Shown here one piece after another: positions 46,830 to 58,871 of a stretch of DNA of 64,000 bases. The stretch is from Trypanosoma brucei. Its lineage: Eukaryota. Location of the stretch: positions 2,592,001 through 2,656,000 of the forward strand of contig CM000207.1 in NCBI GenBank assembly GCA_000002445.1, written 5' to 3'. The notes under the pieces are model-generated. The model searched no databases. It was not told where the DNA came from and worked only from the letters and a program-made list of their open reading frames with translations. Each line of letters begins with the position of its first letter. Positions within the stretch are counted from its first letter, which is position 1. The translations under genes were made by a program, and so were the position numbers.

Positions 46830-48342
46830 TCTACCAAAATCACAAGGGTGGCAGTGGCAGTCAGAGCTAATTTCTTATTTGAAAGAAAACTAAAATCTTT
46901 GCACTCTTTTCCATTTCATTTGCAACCATCTTTGCAGTCGGACCCAGTTTTTTTCGGAGCACTTTTCACCCTCTTTTGGTGCTTGTCCTGCTCCTACTGC
47001 TGTGTTTGTCTGTCCTTCATCATATTTAGGTTTGCAGTGGTTTCCTGTTGTTTTTGTAGTGCTATCCTATTTGCGGTTATTTGCTGTGCAGGTTGTGTTT
47101 GTTTTGTGGATATTGCAGTGCTGTTGTTGTGCAACTGCTGGGTTGATTTCGGATGCAGGCGGTTTTTCCAGTAGCAAGCGCTTGATTATCATCTCGGCTC
47201 TTTTTGTGTAGCTGCGCAGGACTGCGTTGGTCTTTTTCTGTATAATCGCTGCTTCGTCAGCTTTCTTTAGTTTTGCCCCTGGCGACACCTGCCACCTCCC
47301 ATGCTATTGCTTCTGGCGTCTGACCGCTTTTGAATAGCGAGAATTTGGTGAAGTCCGCGCATGCGGTGTTGGCGAATTTCTTGCATTGATGCGTTGTTCC
47401 GATTATGCCGAGTACCATGGCCATGTTTCCGCCGTTCCCTTTAGTTTTGAACATGCTTTTTAGAGCTGCTATTTTGCTTTCTATTAGCTCTGCTGATAGT
47501 TTTTCAGCAGGGTATTTTTTGCAAACTTCGTGGATAGTGTCGTAGCCTGTTTTGTGTGATGCCACGTTGTTTTCTGTTAGCTGCGGTGTTGCGCCAGTTC
47601 CACAGACATCAGTGGCTTGCGTGTCACTGAATTTGGAGCACACGCATGTCACAGTTGCGCAGAGCGCCTCGCCGACTGCTGGGAGTTCGCAAAGCACTTC
47701 GGTGTTGCCGGTTTTGGTTATTTTACACCTTTGACTAGCGCTGTCCTCGAGGGTTGGTGAGTTGTACGCCGCTTGGTTGAGGTCGCTTCTGATTTTCGCT
47801 TCCAAATTTTCTAAATCAGGTTTGTATTTGCTGTTGAATTCTTCTTGTAGTGCTGTCGCCTCTGCTATTATCGCTGCTTGTGCTAGCCTCGCCGCCGACG
47901 CTGACGGCGTGGTTAGCAAGCCGCTTGGTATTTTACTTTCTGGACTAGTGGTCTCCTTTGCGGTGGCCTGCATGTTTACATGAACCCGCTTTTTGAAGTT
48001 AATTTCGCCATATGGTTGATTGGTGTGCCCTTGACAGGCCGTCTTCTCTCCCAGCTGCGTTGTTTCTTTGGTCGGGTATTTAGCTCACCATGAAGTTTCA
48101 GCTAATGGCATGTTTAGCACTTCTAGTGCCGCGAGTTCCTCCTCGGCGGGTTTCAGTTTAGGAAGTTCCGACATGTCGGCATCTGTGAGTTTGATTAGTT
48201 GACAGAGAGCTGAAAGCTCCGCTAGGCTCTGCGCCTGGTCGTCGGTTGTGCTGCTGCTTTGAGCCAGTACGCATATTGCCACGAAGGTAAATACCTTGCG
48301 TCGCATTAGTATATTTTCTGATCTTCGACTATACCTTAACAT
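46830..48342 (-). pseudogene. VSG: VSG pseudogene (frameshifted)
   Basis: N-terminal ORF 48085-48342 has a signal peptide and an a-type start (MRRKVFTFVAICVLAQSSSTTDDQAQSLAELSALCQLIKLTDADMSEL). ORF 47257-47973 is the body. ORF 47067-47288 is a C-terminal piece. A GPI-signal-like CKWNGKECKDFSFLSNKKLALTATATLVIL is in another frame at about 46850-46940. Confidence 0.75.
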
Positions 48343-50459
48343 TTTGTTAGTTTATACTGCTACTGTCTTGACAGTTATTGCACACGATTTTGAAGTTATT
48401 GATAAGGTTTAAAGAAAATTGCCAACGCTGGTGTGCAGTAGCAGTTTTTAAAGGTGTTTTCGTTTCTGTTTCTAATTATAGTTGTAGCCATTTTGTTCTT
48501 CGTCTGAATAACCTGCTGTAGTTATTTACTACCTTGGTTATAACTGCATTTGCTTGCGGTTTGCTGGCGCTGTTACAGCTAGCTTACCTTTTTACTGCAT
48601 TTCTCCCTCCGAGAAATAATAATCGTCACCGCACAGCGATTGTTGCGCTGCCGATAGCTGGTTAATTTTTTCTTTGCTTGTCACGACCGGTGCTACTAAC
48701 GAGGTAATAACCACGTCTGCAACCGCTGCTGACTCCTTTCTGGTCGAGTCTGAAAGATGTGGTCTTGTTGCACCTCCGGGCGTGTACCAGTCACTTCCGC
48801 CAGAAAAGGTATTTGTTGCGGCAGCTTGTCTGGGTTGTGGAACATGTTGTTAGTAAGTGAGTTTTTATTTCCACTTTCAGCTTTATTATCCTTGATTTTA
48901 CGTGTAATACCTTGGCTTTGATGGCGTCGATTACTTTGTTTAAGAACAGCCTCTATTGTAAAGTTGTTTTTATTATCGCTTCTTTGTCATCTGTGTTGCT
49001 GTTTGTTTAGCTGTTTTTTCTGTACACTGCCGGCATAACGTAAATTGTTATTGACAACCATCGGGTCTTTCCGTTAATCTTGTGTCGAAATTCCTTAATT
49101 TTGGTATAGAGGGAATGTCGCTGCAATTAACCTTGTATGATTTGGTCCTCTGTCCCCGTTGTTTTACGGTATATTCTTGACGGGATTGGGATTTTATTGG
49201 GTTGGTGGTTGCTGTCCAGTGTTTACAAGATCAAAATAAAACGTCATAAAGACTGCTCGTAGCTAAAGGAATACCTTTTAAATTTATGTGGCTGTGAATG
49301 CTTAGTTTTTTATTCTTTGTTCGGAGAAACGTTTAGGTACCCATTGTTAAGTCTGCCGCTCGTCGCTCTCTTCGGTCATGGCTACGTGCAGTACGTAGTT
49401 AGCTGCATTTCTTACCGCTTCTCTGTGCTATTTTAAACATTTACACCACTTCTGGAAACAAAATCCATAATAGATATTTTTGGATCCCTCTTCTTTATCC
49501 TTATTTTCTTTAACTAGGCTTTGATTATTTTATAATATGCACTATTATTGACTATGTAAGTCACTGCTACATTAGATCGACAGATTGTTAGTCCGTCCTT
49601 TTGGGCTGTACGGTCTGGGAAGTTTGTAAAGAGGAGTTTGCTTAGCCGAAAATTATGGGATTCTACCTATTATTTTTTGTCATCGTGTATCTGTTGTGTT
49701 TAGTGTAGAGGCTATAATGAGAACATATTTCATTATAAGATAAAAATACCACAAAATTTCTATGCCTGATTGTTAGAAGCTTCTGCTTAGCTATCAGTTC
49801 TGTCTGACGGAAATTCTTCATTACGCGCAAACAGCATAACCATGTAGCATCGTTGTTTCTCACGGACTTCCTCACTCTTCTGTTTTTTTTCTGCATCACT
49901 GTCGTTTCTGGACCGAATGCACTTTATTTCTTGAAGCATCGGACCCGCATGTATTTTTCTAGGTGCTTTTTGTCTCTACGCTTATTTAGCTGCTCCTCAG
50001 AAACCACTTATTGTATGGACTGCGCGCTTTTTAAAATACCTTAGCATCTGGAAAGTATACCAATAAAGAATTGGAGGGGTATCACCGTTTTTCGTGTCCA
50101 GTTTATTAAGCTTCTCTGTCGTTTAATATACGTCCTTCCTTATTTTTTAGCGCTTGCTTTATCTGTGCCTCAGTAACCATATTCTAATGTTTTTTCTACG
50201 AATGACAAATTAAGTCCAGTTCTATCGGCCGATGGCCTCTGTGTCCTCATAATTTTAATCTTTTACTTTTCCGAGAGATTATGATGTTATCGCTCAGCTC
50301 TGCGTTTCATTCTGCACATAAGCTGTGTCCAATGGTTCATGATGTGTTGTAACTTATCTTTTTCCTCTCTTACATTATTTTTTAATTACTTATTTACTCC
50401 CACTGTGACAGCGCCATTGTTTTAAGTGTTTCACATCACCTGCAAATGCCGTTCACCAC

Positions 50460-50610
50460 CACTCTTATTATAATATTAGTATATACACACTCACAAAACA
50501 CTCTCCTATCATTATCCTTATCATTATTATTATTATTATTATTATTGTTATTATTATTGCTGTTTTTATTATCATCCTCACTATTGCTGTTACAATAACT
50601 GTTATAACCA
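50460..50610 (-). repeat. VSG-associated 70-bp repeat with an expanded (TAA)n triplet tract
   Basis: Reads ctcttattataatattagtatatacacactcacaaaacactctcctatcattatccttatc(att)9gttattattattgctg... Confidence 0.85.
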
Positions 50611-50779
50611 CAGATTATGTTCATAAATTAACAAAATACACAAAATAAAGAAAAAAGTAAAATTATCGTACCCTATTATCAAACTATACAGGTACGGACT
50701 TTCACCATACATTTGTTACTACAATTTCATATTTTTAAAATTTTCAAATTTTCAAAAATTTAAAAAGATTGGACAAACA

Positions 50780-50795
50780 GTGTTAAAATATATCA
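50780..50795 (-). promoter_or_regulatory. VSG 3' UTR conserved 16-mer (exact)
   Basis: The plus strand reads gtgttaaaatatatca, about 100 bp 3' of the stop of the VSG pseudogene at 50895. Confidence 0.7.
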
Positions 50796-50894
50796 TATTT
50801 TACAAAATTTATTAAATTCTTTAAAAATAAAAAATTATATATATATTTTACTATTTCCATCAATTTCAGCGATAATACTTGGAATTTTAGAATT

Positions 50895-52442
50895 TTAACA
50901 TGCTATCAAACTATTAAAAGCAGAACTCAGAGAAAATTTCTGATTGAGGAGAAAACGTCCGTTACTGCACTTTTCTGTATTCTTGTCGTGGTCGCTATCA
51001 CCTCCCTTTCTCCACCCACAATGCTTTTTGCCATCCTTGTTTGCATCCTCACAAGCTTGCTGAGTGGTAAATTTACTGAAATCAGGTTTCCCATTATTTT
51101 CTCTTGCCTTTTCTGTTTCTTTGTTAGTTTTAACGACTGGACTTTTTGGATCTTCTTCGCATGCTTTGCTTTGTTTCATTATATTTGCAGCCCTCTTCGG
51201 GTTTGCATTTTTCTGGGTTTGCTATCTTTTTGCAGTCTGTCTCTTTTGTTTCTTGTTTTTTGCTGTTAATGGATGCGTCTTGTTTAAGCTTTGCAATACC
51301 CTCAGCGGCTTTCCACTCGTAATAGGTAAGAATGTCATTTAATGTCTGCAGGTTGTCGATGCTGCCTGATGGTGTATCTTTTGTCAAGCCGGCCACACCT
51401 TGAGGAATTATTTCACTGTTTAGTTCTGCTTCAGTATCGTCGACTTTCTCTTTTTCTTCTGCTCCAAAAACTGCTGCTAAGGTTTTGGTCGCGATGCTTG
51501 GCTCTGGAGTATTCCCAAGTTTCTTAATTGTCGCTTGCGCCGCGTTGAAAAGTGCGTTCCTCTCAGATGGTTTGCCAGTTTGATTTGTGATCCTGCTATC
51601 CGAGGCCTTCAGTATTTTGGCTGTTGCGTCGTGTGCCATTGCCCATGGTTTTGTAGCTTCGTTTACTAGATTAATCAGCTGCGCAGCCTCCGCTGTTGTT
51701 GGTGGTGTGCCGGTTCTTTTTATTTGCAGGTAGCCGGCGAGAATGGCAAAAGCCGCTGGTTGGCTACCGCTGTCGCTGAAGCCGTTGGTGTCGTGTGCTA
51801 TGAGCAGCTTGCATTTCTGTGTGCCTGCTGTTCCCGTTACTTCGTTACCTGCACTCTGCGTGTGCACTAGATCCTTGTAGCCTGTCGGTGTGATGTGTTT
51901 TCGTTGCTTTTTCTTGGCTTTCGGGTTCGGTGGCTGCAAGCTGCACTCTGTGGTTCCGATCTTCGTGTTCTCCCTGCCTGGCGCCTGGGATGCCGCTGCT
52001 TCCTGGAGCAAGCACCCATTGTTCGCGGAATCCGTTTTTTCTAGCATATGCAAAAGTCATCCATCCTTCCTTTGAAATACGCTGTTGTTGATGCTGCTTT
52101 GATGTACGAAAGCAGGTCTTCTGTTTTTAGTGTCCGTAGTGCCGAGTCAGCCCTTTCTGCGAAATAGTTTTGAAGAAGTATCGACTTTTTGATTTGCTTC
52201 CTGAGAATGTTCTTGGATACGAATATCTGGGTGCGTTTGGCTGCCGGCATGTGATTGAATATGGCGCTTATCGTCTGCGTTCCTTCGTCGAGAGCTTCAC
52301 TGCTCACCGCTGCCGCGTCCTCGCTAACGCCGCACAACGCTTGCCACACCGCCGCATTGAGTCCGCTTCCGGCTGCCGCGTTTGCTTGGTTCCACAGCTC
52401 AGCGCTTAGCGACAGTGCCAGGACTAAAAGTGTTTGCCTCAT
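50895..52442 (-). pseudogene. VSG: VSG pseudogene (frameshifted; degenerate GPI signal)
   Basis: N-terminal ORF 52041-52442 has a signal peptide (MRQTLLVLALSLSAELWNQANAAAG...WQALCGV). ORF 51130-52053 is the body. ORF 50895-51179 is the C-terminus: …CSNGRFLLNQKFSLSSAFNSLIAC. Confidence 0.75.
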
Positions 52443-53494
52443 CCTCTACTTCTGCACTGCCTTTTTAATAATATTATCTGCTTTTTGCTGTTTTTGCTCT
52501 GCTTTCATTTAATAAATATATATATATTTTTGTAGGTATAGACAGATATTCATGCGTGTGTCTATGACGTTACTCTCGTGTCGACACACAAACTGTGCTG
52601 TCATTCAGGTGGTTGTTTCGATTACCTGGCGCGCTTTAAATTTGGGTTCGTGGTGTCTGTGCGGCGTGCATAGTACAGCACATAAACTATGAATTTATTC
52701 ACGTTTACTTTTAGAAAATATTGCATACGGAACCGTCGTCCATTTCCAACAATTTTTGGGATTAGGTTGTTGAGACCTTGATTCAGTCATTCATACCTCG
52801 GAAATTTCTTATTTCATTGAAAATTAAGATTTATGAGTTATTTCTTTTAATATTTTTTCTCTTGCTTCAGAATACCTTTAAGTACCTCTGCTGAAATTTT
52901 GAAATCACTCTCATCCAGCCACATTTCTTCTTTTTTGTTAGCCAGGTGTTTCTAACGACATCAAATAACCGCTAAATACTCTTTTTATCGTCCAAAGACA
53001 TTGTATTTGCAAATAGGAATAAAGATCTGTCATCGGACAAAAAGCGACAGCCTCCGGAATATACAATGTGACAGCTGTCATTTTTAAATGAAATATCGAG
53101 TAAAATTTACTCCTCTATCATTTTATTCTCCTCTTAGGTTTGTTCCGTTTCCAGTCGGTTCACTCTGTGTCTTCCTCCATTGTCTTATACTGCCTTTACT
53201 GCAGCAACTACATTAGTAGTCCCATCTTTCTTTTATAATAGATTCTCTCTCTAGCATATTGTTCCCTATGTTCCCTCCGCATGCATAATGGCACCCCTCC
53301 ATGTTTGTGGATGAGCCAGCGCACCTGCCATTTCCATCCCTTAACCTCTGTCCCCTTGAATTTCATCCCATACTATAACTCTTGTTTGATGTAACATTCA
53401 CTTTCTTCCACACTTCACATTTAGCTTCACTGCGAGATTTCCAGTCTTCAAGTGCTTTTGTTTTGCTGAGTCATTGGGACGTCACCACCACTCT

Positions 53495-53705
53495 TCTCAC
53501 AATATTCGTATATTCACACTCACAACACTCCACTATCATTATCATTATTATTATTATTATTACTGCTCTTATTATAATATTCGTATATTCACACTCACAA
53601 CACTCCACTATCATTATCATTATTATTATTATTATTACTGCTCTTATTATAATATCCGTATACACACACTCACAAGACTTTCCTATCATTATTATTATTA
53701 TTAAC
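53495..53705 (-). repeat. Tandem array of three 70-bp repeats (units of about 70-76 bp)
   Basis: Three consecutive copies of …ctcttattataatattcgtatattcacactcacaacactccactatcattatcattattattattattattactg… are visible. This is the only multi-copy 70-bp array in the window. Confidence 0.85.
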
Positions 53706-54002
53706 CTAACTAATTCTTATGTAATAAACTAAATTAGAAGATATTAATAATAGAATTGATTTGCAGTTCCATATCACCTTTTTATGTCATGTGCATTTTC
53801 CACCGTCACATACAATTTGCTAAAAAAATTATATTTTTATATTTTTCAAAATTTCACATTTCATCAAAAAGTATCAAAATATATCAAATTCTATAAATCG
53901 TAAAAAATTCTTAAAAAAAAATGTTTAAATTCTAAAATTATACTTTAAACAGAAAAGAAGCAGCAATCAGAGAAAATTTTTTCTTTACAAGGAAACTAAA
54001 AT

Positions 54003-55436
54003 TTAGGCACATTTACTTACGTTGATTATGTTCACCACCTCTTCTTTTCCTAAATGAACAATCTTTTTGTCATCTGTTTTGTCAGCGAGACAAGCCTCCA
54101 TGATTTTGTGCCTTGCACACCCGATTGTAGTTGTTGCACCTCCTTCTTTTGCTGCTTGTTTGCCTTCCTCACTCAATGTGCACTTTTTCTTCTCATCTTT
54201 TGCTTCGGCGTTCCACTTGCATGTTTTTTGGCACTCTTTATCTGACTCTTTCTTGTTGCACTCTGTTTCTTTGTAGTCGATGCTTTGTTGTGTTGTTACT
54301 GGTTTGTCGGAGCTGCCTGGAGTGCTTTGTGACAGTGGTTGTTTTGGTAATTCCCGTTTGAACTCGGCTGCGAGCGCATCGTTTGCGATTTTTAGTTGCT
54401 CTGCTGCTGGTGTCGCCGTTTCTTTGTGGGCGTCGATTGTTTTCATTACGCTTAGGGCGTCAAGCAATTTGTCTCCCCACGGTATTGTTCTCACACCTTT
54501 GTGAGCTGTTGTGAATGGTGTCGAGTAATCTACACAAGCTGAGTTAGTTTTGTCGCAGCCGCTGTCACCATCGAGCTTTCCTAGAATGATTTTCATGTCG
54601 CTACTGCCGGTTTTCGCCGCCCCTAGCCTGGCTTGGAATGCCGCGAGGGCCGCTGCAAGTAGCGTGTCAGCTTCGTTTGGCTCAGGGTCAGAGCCGCATT
54701 CCTTAATAAATTTTGTGTTCGCCTCCGCCTTGAAATTGTTGTCGTTCATTGCTAGTGAACCTGAATCAGCTCCTGTGCATTCGTGTGCGCTTTGGCTGTT
54801 GCAGAGGCATGTGATGTCAAGTTGTAGGCTCGTCCCCGCATTTGCTGCGGTACAGACTGCCGTCTTTGATGTAGTGTCGCCCGTGATTTGGTCGCATTCA
54901 CCTGTTTGTTTGTTTGGTTGAAGCGGCGCTGTGCAAAGAGCGGCGTCGAACAGGTCTCTTAGCCGGTTAACGGCTGCTTTTCCATTTGATTGCGGCATTG
55001 CTGTCGTTGTGGCGCCGAGCTATGTCGCTTGAGCGGCCGTTTCGTTGACGTACCCTCTGACATAGTGTTTGAACGCGTTGTCGGTGGGCAGCTGTCGCGT
55101 TTTTGCCCAGTCCGTGTTAGAATTTTTTGTTGCCTCTTTTTGTTGCTCCCACAGTGGCCACTCTTTCTGCCAGTCTATTGTTCCGAGCGATGTGCCCTTT
55201 GCCTTCTTGAGAGCATCCCAGCCCGCGTCTTTTTCTGTTTTGCCAAACAAATTCCGCCACTCGTCTGCAGCTACTGACATATTATAATTCAGAATATCTG
55301 TTAGGTCAGTACGTAACTGAGGTGCCTCGTACGTTACTTTCCTGAGCGCCCTTACTGCTGTATATACACGGCAAAGTGCCAGAAAATCTGCTTGGTTGTC
55401 GCCGGCCGCTGCTGAAGCATGCCTGATAACTTCCAA
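54003..55436 (-). pseudogene. VSG: VSG pseudogene (no signal peptide at the ORF start; atypical C-terminus)
   Basis: ORF 55020-55436 (MEVIRHASAAAGDNQADFLALCRVYTAV...) and ORF 54003-54998 form a Cys-rich body (…CTGADSGS...CKWNAEAKDEKKKC…) and end …NIINVSKCA with no GPI signal. Confidence 0.65.
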
Positions 55437-57139
55437 ACGACTGCTGCTATTTGTATGAGAAGAACCTTCATCGTCTTTATGACTACATTCGAAAATGGAA
55501 GATTATTTCTTGCCTTGTAAGTCAGTTTATTGAAATGACTGATGCTTTTCTTGCCATCTTTCACATGGTTATGTTGCTTCTGTCAGCAATTGTCATCCAT
55601 AATTCGGTCACAGTGGTGATGGTGGTGTGCGTTTGTTGCTTGTCTACAACTTCTTAGCTCTAAAAAGATCCCCTTCTTTAAATGTACCATCACAATCAGC
55701 CCATAATATATATCACACTTCTCTCCGTCTATTGCATAACTTAAAATTTCCCCCCAGATCCTTCAAATTAAAATCCCTTCTTTCTCCCTTCTTGAAGCAA
55801 GTAAGGTTGGATACGATCTTTTTAGAATTTGCCTCCCAGGTTAACTCATGTCCTAGAAAGTGAAGAAACGCAGGTTTTCTGAGCGAAGTTTCGTAAGGAA
55901 CTGAGAAAAACTGCTCTTTATAATCCAGACCTATCAGCCCTCCTTGCAAAACGAATCTACTGCTGACATTCTCTTCACGTTCCACACTTCACAACAACAA
56001 GGGAATATAAATGCTTTTTTGGACCACCATTCGTCAGCCACTGCAAGAACTTTATCGAAGGCGGCTTTAAACCTCTTAAATTCCCAAACTCGTGCTATTA
56101 AATTACCGCTCCAGAGGTATGGCTTCCCTGTGTCGTGAAATTTTAGTAGAGGCGGTAGGACTTTCTCTTCTTCTGTCTTGCTTGTCATCTCAAAAAACCA
56201 CCGACAACGTTCTTTATGTTCTTTGTAATCAGAATAAACTATCAAGTCCAACTGAGGTTCATAATACTCAGCTGTCGTCATGAATAGAATCGGAGAAATT
56301 TGTTTGTCTTTAACGACACCCTCCTCACTAAATTTATCTTCATTATCATCAGTATTTTGTATAAAATATTTACTGCACTCTCATACTTCTCTTTCCATCA
56401 GAAACAATAACATAAGATCCGTCAACAGTCATTACAATATTATCATCACTTACATTCTGTCTTTCCAAAAACTCCATAACCCATATAAGCCTTTTTACAT
56501 GACTATACAAACCTCCCATAGCAATTGTAATAATTTCAACATGAGCTCACTTAATCGTTAAGAGATATTGAGCTTAAGAACACTAAATATAATTACAGCA
56601 GTAGTAGTAACATTTTCAAGACATCTAATTTTAAGACTTAAATCACCTATAAACTTTGATATTGTTATATAGGAAACAGAGAAAATTGGAGAAGACTATA
56701 CAAAAAATTCGAAAAAAAGGAAAGATATCAGTTCCGCAACTGTAGTTTCTTTTCAAAGAAACTGTGTTCACATATACAAATAATGCCTTAGCATTGTTAT
56801 GATGCAGCTGGATGTGGTTACTTTTTAAGTGTATACAGATCATCTTTCGCACGAATCCATCTTTTTTCTTTTAGAAGTTAGCATCACTCATACATACTGT
56901 TTCGCGCTATGTTTATTCCGCTTTTCCTTGCATTCCACATAATCCACTCAGTTTGCTATAGAGATTGCAGTAACTACTTGCACACGAAGGTTAAGATATA
57001 CTAAGAATTTTATTAACTTTCTCCGATAACTAACCTGACCGTCCAGTTTCGTTAGAAGATACCTATAACAGTAGCTTTAAAAATAATTTATTACCATTGA
57101 ACCCTTCCACCGTTTTAAGTGCTTCTATTTCTTTCCACT

Positions 57140-57220
57140 ACAATTACTATCATTACTGCTCTCATTATAATATTAAAATAGTCACACTCAAAACATACTA
57201 TTGCTATCACTATATGAATA
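57140..57220 (-). repeat. Degenerate 70-bp repeat
   Basis: Reads cattactgctctcattataatattaaaatagtcacactcaaaacatactattgctatcactat. Confidence 0.5.
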
Positions 57221-57459
57221 CCCTAATTAATATTCATGATGCAAAAATAACCAAATTAAAATGGCACACATTTTTCATATTCTGTAACATTATTTATTTA
57301 TACCAATAGGTCACTGTCATACCAAAATTTCATATTTTATAGTTTTTCAAAATTTTACTAATTACCATATATTTATGGAAAAGATTTTTAATATATCAAA
57401 TTTTAGAAAATTCTTTCGGGAAGTATAGTTTCATAGGTTTTCATAAAATTGAGGAAAGC

Positions 57460-58871
57460 TGCTTAGAATGCAGCCAAAACTAACGCAGCAAATACCTGAG
57501 GAACAGAACCTCTCAAGTTGCTGGAAACCGACTTTTCATCTTTCTTTTCAGTATCAACTTTGGGAAAGCATCTTTAACCTCAGATTTTTTCTCATCAAAA
57601 TCACAACCTTTTTCTTCTTTGCAGGGTTTCTGTGTTGTATGCTTTTTGCACTCGTCTACAGCTTTTGTTTCTTTCTTTTCTGTTTTTCCTTTCACTTCCT
57701 CGCTGCTGGTGTCGCATTTCGGTACTGCGGGTGGTGAAGTTCCCAAAGCCACAGCCAATGCAACGCCCAGATGGTTATCCTCTTCTAGTTTCTTCAAGTT
57801 TTCAGTTGTTGCTTTTTTCGACTCGTAGTAAGTTGCCGTTTGTTTTTCCGCGTCCTGCCAAACCTGTTTGTTGAAGGTATCTTGGTCGCCGCCGAAAATT
57901 TTGTTGATTTCGTCATCTACTTTTGATGTCAGTGTCCCAGTTATCTCTGTCTCGGCTGGCATTGCGAGTAGCAGTCTCTCTACAAGGTTGAAAAACTGGG
58001 GGTGCCCTGTGCAGCTTTCTCGCACATGGGCTTCTGGGATATTGGTGAGTGCTGAGACGGCGGCGGATATGACTGTATGGTTTTCGTCCAGTTTGTCTTT
58101 GTCCACTCCGGTTAGTTTGATAGTGCCGGCGATTGGAATCTTCGCTGTTGTCCAGCTTTGTGGGCCGCTTGTTGCGGGCGGTGCTGTGTTGTGGTCTATG
58201 TTTAGCGTTACAGTGAAGATGTCGGTGGCGCTTGTGCCGCTGCACGCCACACCGCTTTTCGTGCACACGTGGCTTAATTTGAATCCGAGTTGTGGTTTCC
58301 TTAGCCCTTGTCCTTTTGCTAATGTTTCCACCGATATCGGCGGTGTGTCTTCAGCTGTTTTCGTTGTACACCCGGCTTCGACGTTTGCCGTCAGGCTTGA
58401 CGTTGTGTACACCGCGTCGCCGTAATGGGTGTTGGCGCTGGCGCCCGGTGTCACCGTGTACGTTTTTCCGCTCTGCGGTGCCCTCACTTCAGCGTCGTAC
58501 CCGCTGTACAGCGTGGTTACGAGTTTCAGATAGTGTCGGACAATCGGGCTGTTTTGGCTTAATAGTCCCGTCCAGCCGACTGCGCTATCCTGTGCTATGC
58601 CCGCTAATATCGCAAATTTGGCCTTTTGTATTCCGGAGGTCACTGCCGCGGCAACAGTTAGCTTTTCTGCTGCTTATGCCGACTCCGTCACTCTGCCTGC
58701 TGCCGTGTCTAGCAAGCCGCTTAGGTACTTTATCAGTTCCTGTGCTCGGTGCCTGCAGTTGCAGGGGTTGGTGCAATCCGTGCGTTTTTCTGCCGGCTTT
58801 GTTGCCACCGCAGCTTGGCCTAAGGTTGCAGCGCACGCAACAAGAATAATGCTTGTCAACAAATAGCACAT
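57460..58871 (-). pseudogene. VSG: VSG pseudogene (frameshifts at both ends; probable b-type N-terminus)
   Basis: N-terminal ORF 58674-58871 has a signal peptide (MCYLLTSIILVACAATLGQAAVA). ORF 57513-58643 is a 376-aa body. A GPI-like tail (…VPQVFAALVLAA) is in another frame at about 57470-57520. Confidence 0.7.

Noticed and set aside
53474-53704. ORFs encoding poly-Tyr/His or poly-Ile proteins (53474-53704 +, 53382-53732 +, 53471-53689 -, 31179-31403 +, 50436-50624 - poly-Asn)
   Set aside because: These are translations of the (TAA/TGA)n triplet runs of the 70-bp repeats in alternative frames. They are low complexity and not genes.
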